From an uncultured Eubacteriales bacterium (GTDB lineage: Bacteria > Acidobacteriota > Aminicenantia > Aminicenantales > Aminicenantaceae), in contig CAZSGR010000005.1 in assembly GCA_964606185.1 (NCBI GenBank), positions 1-36,257 on the forward strand: 36,257 nucleotides of DNA, read 5' to 3'. Positions 10,170-19,494 of this stretch are shown here, piece after piece. A program made the translations under genes and the position numbers. The stretch's first letter is position 1; every line of letters starts with the position of its first letter. The notes beneath the pieces were generated by a model. It was not told the origin of the DNA. It saw only the letters and a list, made by a program, of their open reading frames with translations, and ran no database searches.

Positions 10170-10329
10170 TTAGTGTGGATAAATGATCAGATAGTATTCA
10201 GGGATGTCCTTGCTCCAGTCAGATTTTTCACGCCATTCCCTCATCAACCTTCTCGGCCCTGCGGAAATTCTCGGATTTATCAAGTCTCACATCCGGATAT
10301 CTCCCACTCTTACTTAGCGCTGCCCGAAG
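10170..10329 (-). pseudogene. Possible frameshifted 3' gene remnant
   Basis: Two frames join by one frameshift to give LRAALSKSGRYPDVRLDKSENFRRAEK/LMREWREKSDWSKDIPEYYLIIYPH*; no start or RBS; composition is host-like, unlike the adjacent AT-rich genes. Confidence 0.3.
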
Positions 10330-10331
10330 TA

Positions 10332-10865
10332 TTATGTATTTTCGACTCTTGCTAAGAATATATTATATTTAGCGTTCATGCCTTCATTTGCTGACCATCT
10401 TTCTATTTCTTTTAAATCAACTTTATTGTTTTTATATACTGAAATTGCTTGCTCTAGAGTCTGTCTATCGTCCCAATGATAAAAAGCTATTAAGCGATCT
10501 TTGACGCACTCTGTCGGAGATAATAGTTTTAATATATTTTCCCCTTTTTTGATTTTTTTAATTTCCTTTACGGGTTCTTCTCCAACAGAAAGTGGGGGAG
10601 ATACAAAATCTATGAAATATTCCGTGTCGTTGTGCTTAAAATATCTATCTTCCTCGTAAAACTCAAGATCCAAGAGCAATTGTTTTACTTCTCTTTGTTT
10701 ATCAGAAGAAATTAAAACGAAATCTAAATCATAAGACATATATTTATTATTTGTATAAATGACGACGCATGCTCCCCCAGTCAAAATAACCTCAATTCCA
10801 TTTTTTAGAAGATAACCGGAAATGACTATAGCCAAATCTTTTAATGACAATCCCTTTAATTTCAC
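10332..10865 (-). CDS. Nucleotidyltransferase, AbiEii/DUF6036-like (putative toxin)
   Basis: ILTGGACV...MSYDLDFV is a GG...SxDxD DNA pol beta-like NTase motif; visibly AT-rich. Confidence 0.75.
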   Translation of the reverse strand: MKLKGLSLKDLAIVISGYLLKNGIEVILTGGACVVIYTNNKYMSYDLDFVLISSDKQREVKQLLLDLEFYEEDRYFKHNDTEYFIDFVSPPLSVGEEPVKEIKKIKKGENILKLLSPTECVKDRLIAFYHWDDRQTLEQAISVYKNNKVDLKEIERWSANEGMNAKYNIFLARVENT

Positions 10866-10876
10866 GTTGTTTTATC

Positions 10877-11206
10877 TTATAAGGGTTTTCCCGTTCTACG
10901 GGGTCTTAACCGTGGAAGATAGATTCTTTCTCTCTCTTCATCCGGAATAAATTTTAAAATTTTTTCAAATAGTAATTCCAGTTCTCTTTTGAACGGATAT
11001 CTCGGATTTAATCCAAACAATCTAACCTTTCCTTTAAGTTTACTGTAGAGAATACCATCTTTTTCCATGTTTAATAATTGTTTTTGAACTCCATTCAAAT
11101 ACAGGCCAAATGTTTTAGCGATTTCTCTAGGGTACGATTCGCCATGTGTATAAATGTACAAAAGAATTTTTCCTTTATTTTCTGAGCCGAATATGCCTTT
11201 GAACAT
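10877..11206 (-). CDS. Winged-helix DNA-binding protein (putative antitoxin/autorepressor)
   Basis: KILLYIY...YPREIAKTFG...VQKQLLNMEKDGIL wHTH; C-terminal RPRRTGKPL; ATG 11206 with RBS GGAGG. Confidence 0.8.
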   Translation of the reverse strand: MFKGIFGSENKGKILLYIYTHGESYPREIAKTFGLYLNGVQKQLLNMEKDGILYSKLKGKVRLFGLNPRYPFKRELELLFEKILKFIPDEERERIYLPRLRPRRTGKPL

Positions 11207-11237
11207 ATTTAGCCTCCAAACCAATAAATCTCACCAG

Positions 11238-11302
11238 ATGACCAATAATAGTGGTCATATGACCACCAGACAGATAATAAGTCAGATGGCAGTAATTGTC
11301 AA
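11238..11302 (-). promoter_or_regulatory. sigma70 promoter and ATGACCA operator repeats of the wHTH-NTase module
   Basis: Minus strand TTGACA(11302-11297)-17-TATTAT(11279-11274); perfect palindrome GTGGTCATATGACCAC (11251-11266); ATGACCA-N7-TGGTCAT (11238-11258). Confidence 0.8.
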
Positions 11303-11473
11303 GAATTATTAAACCTGAATTATTCATAAAATCTGCCGACACTATACATTATTTTCCATAGGCTCTGTCTGTGATGTTTTAATTGTTATTGCGGAGTCTA
11401 GGTATTATAATTTGCTTTCTTTTGCGGGAGGATTATTTTCAGTGTGACTTGACAGAAGGAGAAGTCAGCAGAA

Positions 11474-12337
11474 ATGAAAAAAACATACATTTTTTTCCTC
11501 AGCTTTTATTTGATCATTTCTCTTCCTGCATTCTCGAAGGAGAGAGGTCATCTTTTCGTCATTGGAGGGGGTCGCCGGCCAGTCAGCATGATGAAGAAAT
11601 TTATCGACTTGGCTCAAAATGTCAACAGCGGGAAGATTGTTATCTTTCCCATGGCCAGCAGTGTGCCTGCCGAAGTCGGCCCTGAGCAAGAAAAACAGTT
11701 CAAAGAGCTGGGAGCCAGAGATGTGGAATTCCATATTTTGACCAGGGAACTGGCTCTTTTAGAGAAAAACATTGCGATTTTGGATGATGTTGGAGGAGTA
11801 TTTTTTTCCGGCGGAGTTCAGTCTCGCTTGACAGCGGTTCTCATCGATACACCCGTTCACAAAAAGCTTCTTGAGCTCTACAGGAAGGGAGCTGTGATCG
11901 GCGGAACTAGCGCTGGTGCTGCGGTGATGAGTGAAGTCATGATCACAGGCGATGAGAAAAGAGAAGTGAAGGAAGGGCGTGCGTTTGAGACTCTTCAAGC
12001 TGATAATGTTGTCACTATCCGAGGATTCGGGTTTATCCAGAGCGCTATCATCGACCAGCATTTTGTCAGGCGGAAGCGGCACAACCGGCTCATCAGCCTG
12101 GTGGCGGAGAACCCGGAGTTTCTCGGAATCGGGATTGACGAGTCGACGGCGATCGTTGTCAATCCGGATGATACGTTTGAGGTTTTGGGAGAGCGGAGTG
12201 TCGTCGTCTACGATGCATCCCAGGCTCAGATTCAATTCAGTCCCTCCCGCATCATCAGTGGTTCGAACTTCATTATGCACATCCTCAAAAACGGAGACAG
12301 GTTCAACCTGAAGACGAAAAGGATCATAAAAAAATGA
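11474..12337 (+). CDS. Exported cyanophycinase (peptidase S51)
   Basis: Signal peptide; IGGG, FFSGGVQ, GTSAGA catalytic Ser, IDQHF, GIGIDE motifs. Confidence 0.9.
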   Translation: MKKTYIFFLSFYLIISLPAFSKERGHLFVIGGGRRPVSMMKKFIDLAQNVNSGKIVIFPMASSVPAEVGPEQEKQFKELGARDVEFHILTRELALLEKNIAILDDVGGVFFSGGVQSRLTAVLIDTPVHKKLLELYRKGAVIGGTSAGAAVMSEVMITGDEKREVKEGRAFETLQADNVVTIRGFGFIQSAIIDQHFVRRKRHNRLISLVAENPEFLGIGIDESTAIVVNPDDTFEVLGERSVVVYDASQAQIQFSPSRIISGSNFIMHILKNGDRFNLKTKRIIKK

Positions 12338-13740
12338 AGTTGAAAAAGGTCAGACTGCCTCATACCCTTGTTTTGATTTACGCGATGGTAGTCTTGACCG
12401 TCATTGCGACCTGGATTGTTCCCGGAGGCGCATATGAGAGGGTGGAAAAGGAGGGGCGGACAATCCCTGTCGAAGATTCGTTCCATTTTATCGAACGGCA
12501 GCCTCAGGGGATAGGAGCTCTGTTCATATCTCCGATCAAAGGCTTTATGGAAGCCTCTTACATTATCGTTTTCATCTTTGTAGTGGGGGGAGCTTTTGCC
12601 GTCATCCAGAAAACCGGAGCCGTTACGGCTTTTATCAACAACCTTGCTCTGAAATTCGGCGAGAGCAAGGCGCTGCGTGTCCTGTTGATTCCTGTCACTA
12701 TGGTAATTTTTTCTCTGGGAGGAGCGATCTTCGGGATGTGCGAAGAGACAATGCCTTTCGTGCTCATCTTTGTTCCTCTTGCCCTTTCTCTTGGTTATGA
12801 CACTATTGTCGGCGTTTCCATTCCTTTTGTGGGAGCGGCAGCCGGTTTTGCAGGAGCTTTTTTCAATCCGTTCACAGTCGGCATCGCTCAGGGGATTGCC
12901 GGGCTTCCCCTTTATTCTGGTATGGGCTACCGGATAATCATCTGGGCCTTGGGAACGGCGATTGCCGTCTTCATTGTCATGCGCTACGCCTCAAGGGTTC
13001 TGAAGAATCCGAAAGTCAGCCCCACTTATAAAGAAGACCAGGAGCGGAAAAAGAGCTTGGATCTGGATATTGCTAATAAGGAGGAGATTAAGCTCACAGG
13101 AATTCACAAGCGAGTGCTCATTCTTTTCCTTTTGGGGATGGCTCTTCTCGTTTTCGGGATTCTTCACTACAAATGGTACATCAATGAGATCGCGGGCCTT
13201 TTTCTGGCATTGGGCCTCCTTTCCGGAATTGTCGGTAGGCTGAAGTCCGAAGAGCTGGCAAGGTCTTTTGTAGATGGAGCCAAGGATATGATCAATGCAG
13301 CCCTGATAATCGGTTGTGCGCGAGCTATCCTGGTTGTGGCCATGGACGGGAAGATCCTGGATACTACACTCTTCTACATGGCCAAAGCTATTTCGAATTT
13401 CCATCCGATCATCTCTTCCCAACTGATGTTCATCTGTCAGTGTATCATTAATTTCTTCGTCCACTCGGGGACAGCCCAAGCCGCTTTGACCATGCCGATC
13501 ATGGCTCCCCTTGGAGACTTGGTGGGGATAACTCGACAGACGACGGTTTTTGCTTTTCAACTGGCTGAATACATCAATCCTGTGCTCCCTACATCAGGCG
13601 TGACCATGGGAGTCCTGGGGCTTGCCAGACTGAAATGGGAGAAATGGGCGAAATGGCTCATTCCGCTTCTCATCATCTGGATGATTTTTGGTTTCCTTTC
13701 CCTCATCCCGCCAGTTTTGATGCACTGGGGGCCGGCCTGA
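12334..13740 (+). CDS. YfcC/DcuC-like ion-transporter superfamily permease
   Basis: PHTLVL, TWIVPGGAY, GMCEET, NPFTVGIAQGIAGLPLYSG, MPIMAPL, PTSG; ATGA overlap with the cyanophycinase gene. Confidence 0.88.
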   Translation: MKLKKVRLPHTLVLIYAMVVLTVIATWIVPGGAYERVEKEGRTIPVEDSFHFIERQPQGIGALFISPIKGFMEASYIIVFIFVVGGAFAVIQKTGAVTAFINNLALKFGESKALRVLLIPVTMVIFSLGGAIFGMCEETMPFVLIFVPLALSLGYDTIVGVSIPFVGAAAGFAGAFFNPFTVGIAQGIAGLPLYSGMGYRIIIWALGTAIAVFIVMRYASRVLKNPKVSPTYKEDQERKKSLDLDIANKEEIKLTGIHKRVLILFLLGMALLVFGILHYKWYINEIAGLFLALGLLSGIVGRLKSEELARSFVDGAKDMINAALIIGCARAILVVAMDGKILDTTLFYMAKAISNFHPIISSQLMFICQCIINFFVHSGTAQAALTMPIMAPLGDLVGITRQTTVFAFQLAEYINPVLPTSGVTMGVLGLARLKWEKWAKWLIPLLIIWMIFGFLSLIPPVLMHWGPA

Positions 13741-14367
13741 GCTGAATAATCTGTCCGACTTTAAGTTGTGTTCCTGTTTAGAGTTTCAATTCCTTCTCAA
13801 TCCCGAATTGATTTATTTCCATTCTGGAAAGAAATCATTTGAAGAAAGGGAAGCATTAAAAATATTTTAATAGAGGTATTAAACTCGAACATTTGTCTAT
13901 GACTGAATAAAGTCTCAAATTTATATTTTTAACTAAAATAATTCTTTATGAAAGAAGTCCGTTTCAGACTCATGCTGTAAAATTATTTTACTATGACAAC
14001 TCTTGCTTGCTTTTTTACGTATAACTAACCGAATGCCTGTTCATTTGCGTGAACTGATTGATAGAGAAGAAAAAACGGTGGCAGACAGCGGCTGGCCTTG
14101 AGTTTTCCTCTGGATTTTAGGTTTCAAGGATGCACAGGAAAATTTATATGCAGGTTTATCGGCTTATGCGAGAAGAAATCTATCTGGGTTAAAGGTTCGA
14201 CTCCCGGGTTAAAAATTTTGGCATGGAGATTGCATGAGTTCACTTCAAAAGGCTCGTTTTGGCTCAAATGATTTTCCAGGCCAGCATGAAAAGGCCTATT
14301 CGGGAATAGGCGCAAAGGTTTTTAGAATGATGAAGGAAGTTTCATAAATCATAGAGAGGAGAGAAGA

Positions 14368-16653
14368 GTGACGAAATTCATATGTTTAAAGAAAGCGATG
14401 ATATTCGGGGTGGTTTTGCTTGTGAGTTTATCCGGGTTTGCGGCTCCTTTAGCCCAGGAAACGCAGGAAAAACCAGGAAAAAAGGAAAAAATCGAGGCCG
14501 CCCATTACACAATCTCTGCGGCCACATCAGAGATTAAGGTGGACGGTGTGCTGGATGAGCAAGCATGGGAAGATGCGGCTGTCATCAAGCTTCCTTATGA
14601 ATGGCTTCCCGGAGATAACATCCCGGCTCTGGTGGATACGGACTGTCTGGTCACGTTCGATAAGAAGTATTTTTATGTCGGATTCCGCTGCTATGACCCA
14701 GAGCCTTCGAAAATCCGAGCGCATCTGATGGATAGGGATGCGATAGACACGTTTATCCAGGATGACCACGTCACCTTCATGATTGACACGTTTAATGATG
14801 AGCGGAGGGGATTCCAGTTCAGGGTCAATCCTCTCGGCGTCCAGGCCGATGCGAATTTCAGTGAAGCAGAAGGGTACGAAGATTTTTCCTGGGATATTAT
14901 CTGGAAATCAAAAGGGAGAATCACTGGATGGGGCTATGCCGTTGAGATAGCCATCCCCTTCAACCAGCTCCGTTTTGCCAAAAGCGCAGAGGCCCAAACA
15001 TGGGGCTTCGGTGCCGAGCGCTCTTATCCGCGTTCGGTCCGCCACAGAATGACGTCACATAAGCGGAGGAGGGACGTCGCCTGTATTCTCTGCCAGCAGA
15101 ACAAGATCATCGGACTCCAGGGTATGACAGCCGGTTTAAACATTGAGATCGCACCGACTTTGACGGCGAACCGGACAGACACGAGGGATCCCTTCCCGGG
15201 AGGATCACTTCAGGCCGGTGATGAGGAAGTTGACCCGGGGGTATCACTCCGCTGGAGTATCACTCCCAACCTGATTCTTAATGGCACAGTCAATCCTGAT
15301 TTCTCTCAGGTCGAGGCGGACGTGGCCCAGCTCGATGTTAACACGCGGTTTGCTCTTTATTACCCTGAAAAAAGGCCGTTCTTTCTCGAAGGGGCCGATT
15401 TCTTCCTGACTCCGATTCAAGCTGTTTTCACCCGGACAGTGGCTAACCCGCATGGAGGATTCAAATTCACCGGAAAAGTGGGGAGGAATGTCTTTGGATT
15501 TTTTGGAGCCTACGACAGGATCAACAACCTGACTTTTCCCTCCAACCAGGGTTCCTCGCAAGGCTCTGTCAATGAGGATGTGATGAGCGGGGTGTTCCGC
15601 TTTCGCAGGGATGTGGGGAGAGGTTCCCAGGTCGGCATCCTGTATACTGGCCGTATGACTGACGGCTATTACAACCATGTGGGCGGAATGGACGGTTTCA
15701 TCCGTCTCTCCAGAACAAAAGAATTGCGCTTCCAGTACCTTCACTCAGAGACGGATTACACGGATGTCACGGCTCTGCTGTATGGACAGAGAACCGGTGA
15801 TTTCGGCGGCGATGCGATCGATGCCTCATTCTTTCATATAGGAAGGAACTGGTTTTATGGACTCGAATACAGTGACCGGAATCCCACGTTCCGCGCGGAT
15901 TACGGTTATGTGCCTCGAGTGGATATCCGAAGATACAATATTACTCTCCAGCGAATGGTTTGGGGAAAAAGAGACAGCTGGTTCACCAGATTGACTTTCG
16001 GGGCTCAAGGAGGAGAAGTTTATGACCACAATGGCACATTAACTGACCAGAATGTTTCTTTGTTTGGCCAGTATTTGGGTCCGCTTCAATCAGTCGTCGT
16101 GATCGCGTACGACCGCTTCAAAGAGCGCTATTTGAATGAGATTTATGATTTAGATATGATCACCTGGAGGAACGAGCTCAAACCGGCCGGTGGAGTCCAT
16201 CTCCGTCTTATTACTCAATTCGGAGACAGTGTGGATTACTCAAATGCTAGGAAAGCCGATGCCTTACGGTTTGTCCCCTTTGCTGAATTCAGCTTCGGCC
16301 GGCACATCAATCTCAACATTAACCACTCCTACGAGCGGCTCAACCTGGGAGTGGATAAAATATACGAAGCCAACCTTTCTCAGGTGAAGCTGGTCTTTAA
16401 TTTCAACGTCAAGACGTTTGTCCGCGCCATCGTTCAGTACTATGATGTTTCCAGGAATCCGGCCCTTTATGTATTCCCGGTGGACCCAAAAATGCAGTCG
16501 ATATTCACTCAATTCCTGTTCTCTTATAAACTCAATCCCCAGACAGTGCTCTTCCTGGGGTATTCAGACAACTATTTCGGCGGGCCAGGAATCGACATCA
16601 CACAAACAGACAGAACATTCTTTGTGAAACTCGGTTATGCCTGGACAAAGTAG
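14368..16653 (+). CDS. CBM9-like domain plus DUF5916 outer-membrane beta-barrel protein
   Basis: Signal peptide; IKVDGVLDE..W, EIAIPF, TVNPDFSQVEAD, PEKRPFFLEG; C-terminal FFVKLGYAW. Confidence 0.85.
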   Translation: MTKFICLKKAMIFGVVLLVSLSGFAAPLAQETQEKPGKKEKIEAAHYTISAATSEIKVDGVLDEQAWEDAAVIKLPYEWLPGDNIPALVDTDCLVTFDKKYFYVGFRCYDPEPSKIRAHLMDRDAIDTFIQDDHVTFMIDTFNDERRGFQFRVNPLGVQADANFSEAEGYEDFSWDIIWKSKGRITGWGYAVEIAIPFNQLRFAKSAEAQTWGFGAERSYPRSVRHRMTSHKRRRDVACILCQQNKIIGLQGMTAGLNIEIAPTLTANRTDTRDPFPGGSLQAGDEEVDPGVSLRWSITPNLILNGTVNPDFSQVEADVAQLDVNTRFALYYPEKRPFFLEGADFFLTPIQAVFTRTVANPHGGFKFTGKVGRNVFGFFGAYDRINNLTFPSNQGSSQGSVNEDVMSGVFRFRRDVGRGSQVGILYTGRMTDGYYNHVGGMDGFIRLSRTKELRFQYLHSETDYTDVTALLYGQRTGDFGGDAIDASFFHIGRNWFYGLEYSDRNPTFRADYGYVPRVDIRRYNITLQRMVWGKRDSWFTRLTFGAQGGEVYDHNGTLTDQNVSLFGQYLGPLQSVVVIAYDRFKERYLNEIYDLDMITWRNELKPAGGVHLRLITQFGDSVDYSNARKADALRFVPFAEFSFGRHINLNINHSYERLNLGVDKIYEANLSQVKLVFNFNVKTFVRAIVQYYDVSRNPALYVFPVDPKMQSIFTQFLFSYKLNPQTVLFLGYSDNYFGGPGIDITQTDRTFFVKLGYAWTK

Positions 16654-16669
16654 AGCTAAGGGAGATAAT

Positions 16670-17095
16670 TTACTCACAGAATATACGAACTTTTTCCTCT
16701 TTGCTGTCCACGTCCACGGTCAGATCGTTCAGGTGTATCAAGAGTTTTTCCAGATTTTCTGAGGTAATATTCGAGAGGTCTAAATTGACTCCCTTTTCTT
16801 TCAGGTGTTCGTTGACTTTTCCCTGAACATCCACAGGAACAAGAGAGGCCAGCTTGATTCCGGCACGAAGCAGATTAAAAGGAACACGGATGTTGACTTT
16901 TTCGCCTTTAACGCTTTCAGGGCCTGGCTCGACAACGACCCTCAGGTACTTCGGGAAATCTTTCTTCTCGGGCCTATCGCCTTTTTCTGATTCACTCGAA
17001 GGTTCGGAAATCGCAGACAGCAGCTTTTCTGCTTCGTTGACATCGATTTTCCCTTGGGAAAGCATTTCCAGGATTTTTCGTCTTTCTTCACTCAT
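16670..17095 (-). CDS. SHOCT-like domain protein (YvlB/LiaX N-terminal-like, DUF2089 partner)
   Basis: MSEERRKILEMLSQGKIDVNEAEKLL; KVNIRVP; KVRIFCE. Confidence 0.8.
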   Translation of the reverse strand: MSEERRKILEMLSQGKIDVNEAEKLLSAISEPSSESEKGDRPEKKDFPKYLRVVVEPGPESVKGEKVNIRVPFNLLRAGIKLASLVPVDVQGKVNEHLKEKGVNLDLSNITSENLEKLLIHLNDLTVDVDSKEEKVRIFCE

Positions 17096-17107
17096 GTCTA
17101 TACCTCC

Positions 17108-17389
17108 TCATCGAAATGAGATTGAAAATTGACTATCTATACTTTCGGTTTGTATGTTCAGACCGTGTAGAGTGCTGAGTAAATCAAAGAACATCGGTCC
17201 GAACATCATAAGTTTTTTTCCAATGCCTTGCCGCCAGAGAATGAGAGAAGCAAGCAAAATTAAAGGGGAAAGAACTATGGCCAGGACCAGCAGAACCAGC
17301 CAGACAAGAACCACAGGAAACAAGAGCCTCAACTTAGTTTTTCCGGCTTCCACTACACGGATTTTCATCGAAAGAGGTGGCAAAGTCAT
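17108..17389 (-). CDS. Hypothetical membrane protein
   Basis: Hydrophobic stretch; 4-bp overlap with the DUF2089 gene. Confidence 0.7.
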   Translation of the reverse strand: MTLPPLSMKIRVVEAGKTKLRLLFPVVLVWLVLLVLAIVLSPLILLASLILWRQGIGKKLMMFGPMFFDLLSTLHGLNIQTESIDSQFSISFR

Positions 17390-17748
17390 CCTTTTATCCT
17401 TTCTAAGGCTTCGTCGACGGTCAGTTCTCCTTGCTCCAGCTTTGTCAGGATTTCACTTTTAGAGGGAGGCGGGTTGATTTCCACGAAGTCGAGCTGGAGA
17501 GCAAGCCGGTTGAGCCTATTTTTCACAGTCGGGTAACTGATGCCGAAAAGCTCTTCCATGTCTTTGATGGAGCCGTGGCTGCGGATAAAAGCGGTCACGA
17601 AGATCTGGTCTTCCATAGTCAGGCGAGCCAGCGGAGGAAGTTCGAAACTCCCTTCCACAGTAATGTCTTTATCCGCAAGCTTCACTTTCTCCACAGTCAG
17701 CGGAGAGCCTCTAGTAATTCTTGTTAATTCTTGCCAGTCTTTTATCAT
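17386..17748 (-). CDS. DUF2089 family HTH protein
   Basis: FIRSHGSIKDMEELFGISYPTVKNRL; C-terminal SHOCT-like ILTKLEQGELTVDEAL. Confidence 0.88.
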   Translation of the reverse strand: MIKDWQELTRITRGSPLTVEKVKLADKDITVEGSFELPPLARLTMEDQIFVTAFIRSHGSIKDMEELFGISYPTVKNRLNRLALQLDFVEINPPPSKSEILTKLEQGELTVDEALERIKG

Positions 17749-17814
17749 TTTTTTTCCTCAAATTAAGTTTCCTTATATAATATACGTAAATAAATTAAAA
17801 AAGTCAAGTAAAGA

Positions 17815-17860
17815 ATTAATATTATTAATAATTGTATTAAAAAAAATTAATAATATTAAT
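17815..17860. promoter_or_regulatory. AT-rich 15-bp inverted repeat upstream of the DUF2089 operon
   Basis: ATTAATATTATTAAT-N16-ATTAATAATATTAAT next to a minus-strand TTGACT -35 (17807-17802). Confidence 0.45.
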
Positions 17861-18012
17861 ATATCTTTAAATATGGAGATGTTCCTTAAAGAGACATATT
17901 ATTATCTATGATGCTTGGGGAACTAATCGGACAAGATAAGGAGTCCTCTTGTTTAACGCACCCAAATCTCAAAATCTTCAAATTTTCATCTCTTTAAAAT
18001 TTCCAAAATTCA

Positions 18013-18040
18013 GACAACCTTTTGTCCCCCTGTTTCATCT
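18013..18040 (+). promoter_or_regulatory. Putative ECF-sigma promoter (autoregulatory)
   Basis: GACAAC-17-CATCT resembles the AAC/CGT-type ECF consensus, about 25 nt before the sigma gene. Confidence 0.4.
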
Positions 18041-18063
18041 TATAAAATGAGGAGAAAAACTAG

Positions 18064-18750
18064 ATGTCGTACGCAGCAGCGATCGGAGCCATGAAATGTT
18101 TGAATGGTAGAAGTGCTGTCCAATTTGCTAAAATGGATCTATCACTTACAGGTCTTATCATGGCTCACAAAAAAGGGAACTTAGCTGAGGAAGCCAACCT
18201 CCAGGATATTTCTCTTCTTGAAGACTTGATCAACCGCAGCCGTGGCGGGGATGTTAAAGCGATGGAGGCCATTTACGAACGCTTCAACCGCCCTCTGTTT
18301 AGTCTGATTTATCGCTACACCTCCAACAGAGAAGTGGCTGAAGACCTGCTACAGGATGTTTTTCTCAAGATTTTCTCCAATCTACAGACACTCCGGAAGA
18401 CAGATACTTTTGTCAGTTGGATGTACCGGATTGCGGTGAATACTTGTTTTGGCTACCTGCGGGGGAGCAAGAACCGGGTTCAGAGAACGGTTCCGTTAAA
18501 CGATGTGAAAGAAAGAATCAGCGAGGACGCAGCCAAATCCAGTGATAAGCTCATGAAAAAATCACTGGATGATGCCATACATAGCCTGCCAACCAGGATG
18601 AAAACAATTTTTCTGCTTCATGATGTCCAGGGCTTCAAACATGAAGAAATCGCACTGATGCTGGGGTGTTCGGTAGGCACATCCAAATCACAACTCTTCA
18701 AGGCGCGGATGAAGATTCGCGAACATCTTGAAAGAGGGAAGGTGATCTGA
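18064..18750 (+). CDS. ECF RNA polymerase sigma factor (sigma24/SigW-like); start uncertain
   Basis: AEDLLQDVF, SWMYRIAVN region 2; GFKHEEIA...GTSKSQLFKAR region 4. Confidence 0.93.
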   Translation: MSYAAAIGAMKCLNGRSAVQFAKMDLSLTGLIMAHKKGNLAEEANLQDISLLEDLINRSRGGDVKAMEAIYERFNRPLFSLIYRYTSNREVAEDLLQDVFLKIFSNLQTLRKTDTFVSWMYRIAVNTCFGYLRGSKNRVQRTVPLNDVKERISEDAAKSSDKLMKKSLDDAIHSLPTRMKTIFLLHDVQGFKHEEIALMLGCSVGTSKSQLFKARMKIREHLERGKVI

Positions 18751-18756
18751 GGAGAT

Positions 18757-19470
18757 ATGAGAATGAGGTGCTCAAAAGCAAAAAGATTAATCTCCGATTA
18801 TATCGATAACGGCCTGAAAAGACGGCATAGTGCCCGTCTTGAAAAGCATCTTTATACATGCTCTGCCTGCAGAAAGATTCTAGAAGATTTCCGTGAAATC
18901 GCTAAAAGTGCCAAGGGATTAGAGGAACACACTCCTCCTCGACAGACCTGGCTGAAGATAAGAGAAAGATTGACACCGGAGGAACAGAGAGTTTTGACCT
19001 TGCATCCTCAAAAAAGAATGTGGTTTGGTTATCTGTTCTTCCCACCCAAACTCAAGTACGCGTTAAGCGCCGCTTTGCTCTTGGTTTTTGTGGCGAGTGC
19101 CGTGACGATCGGCCTGAAATACAGCGGTGGGACTGGTATCCTGGGTAAGAAAGACCCCATGCGTTACACACTGGCGAAGTTGGATGAAGCGGAGCGGCAT
19201 TACAAAAAAGCGATCAAAGCGCTCTGGGAAGCTGTTTCTGCTCAGGAAGGGAATTTGACCAAACAGGTTGCTGAAGTATTCAGGAAGAATCTCAAGATTA
19301 TTGATTCTTCCATAATCGCCTGCCGCGAGATAGTTCTTCAGGAGCCGGAGAATATAGATGCCAGAAATTTCTTGCTGGCCGCCTACAGGGAAAAAGTAGA
19401 TTTCCTTCAGGAGATGATGGAAATTGGGAGACCACCCTCTCCGAAGAAGGAAGTCAGGAAAGTCATATAG
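18757..19470 (+). CDS. zf-HC2 transmembrane anti-sigma factor
   Basis: HLYTCSAC (HxxxCxxC) motif, one TM segment, helical C-terminal domain. Confidence 0.88.
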   Translation: MRMRCSKAKRLISDYIDNGLKRRHSARLEKHLYTCSACRKILEDFREIAKSAKGLEEHTPPRQTWLKIRERLTPEEQRVLTLHPQKRMWFGYLFFPPKLKYALSAALLLVFVASAVTIGLKYSGGTGILGKKDPMRYTLAKLDEAERHYKKAIKALWEAVSAQEGNLTKQVAEVFRKNLKIIDSSIIACREIVLQEPENIDARNFLLAAYREKVDFLQEMMEIGRPPSPKKEVRKVI

Positions 19471-19494
19471 TTTAATATGATAAGGAGGTTTACC

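Noticed and set aside
94-11353. tRNA-anchored genomic island
   Set aside because: No integrase and no duplicated tRNA 3' end were found; most genes have host-like composition.
14190-14210. GGTTCGACTCCC T-loop-like motif (tRNA or att remnant)
   Set aside because: No 5-bp T-stem, acceptor stem or cloverleaf can be built, and there is no match to the tRNA-Ala 3' end.
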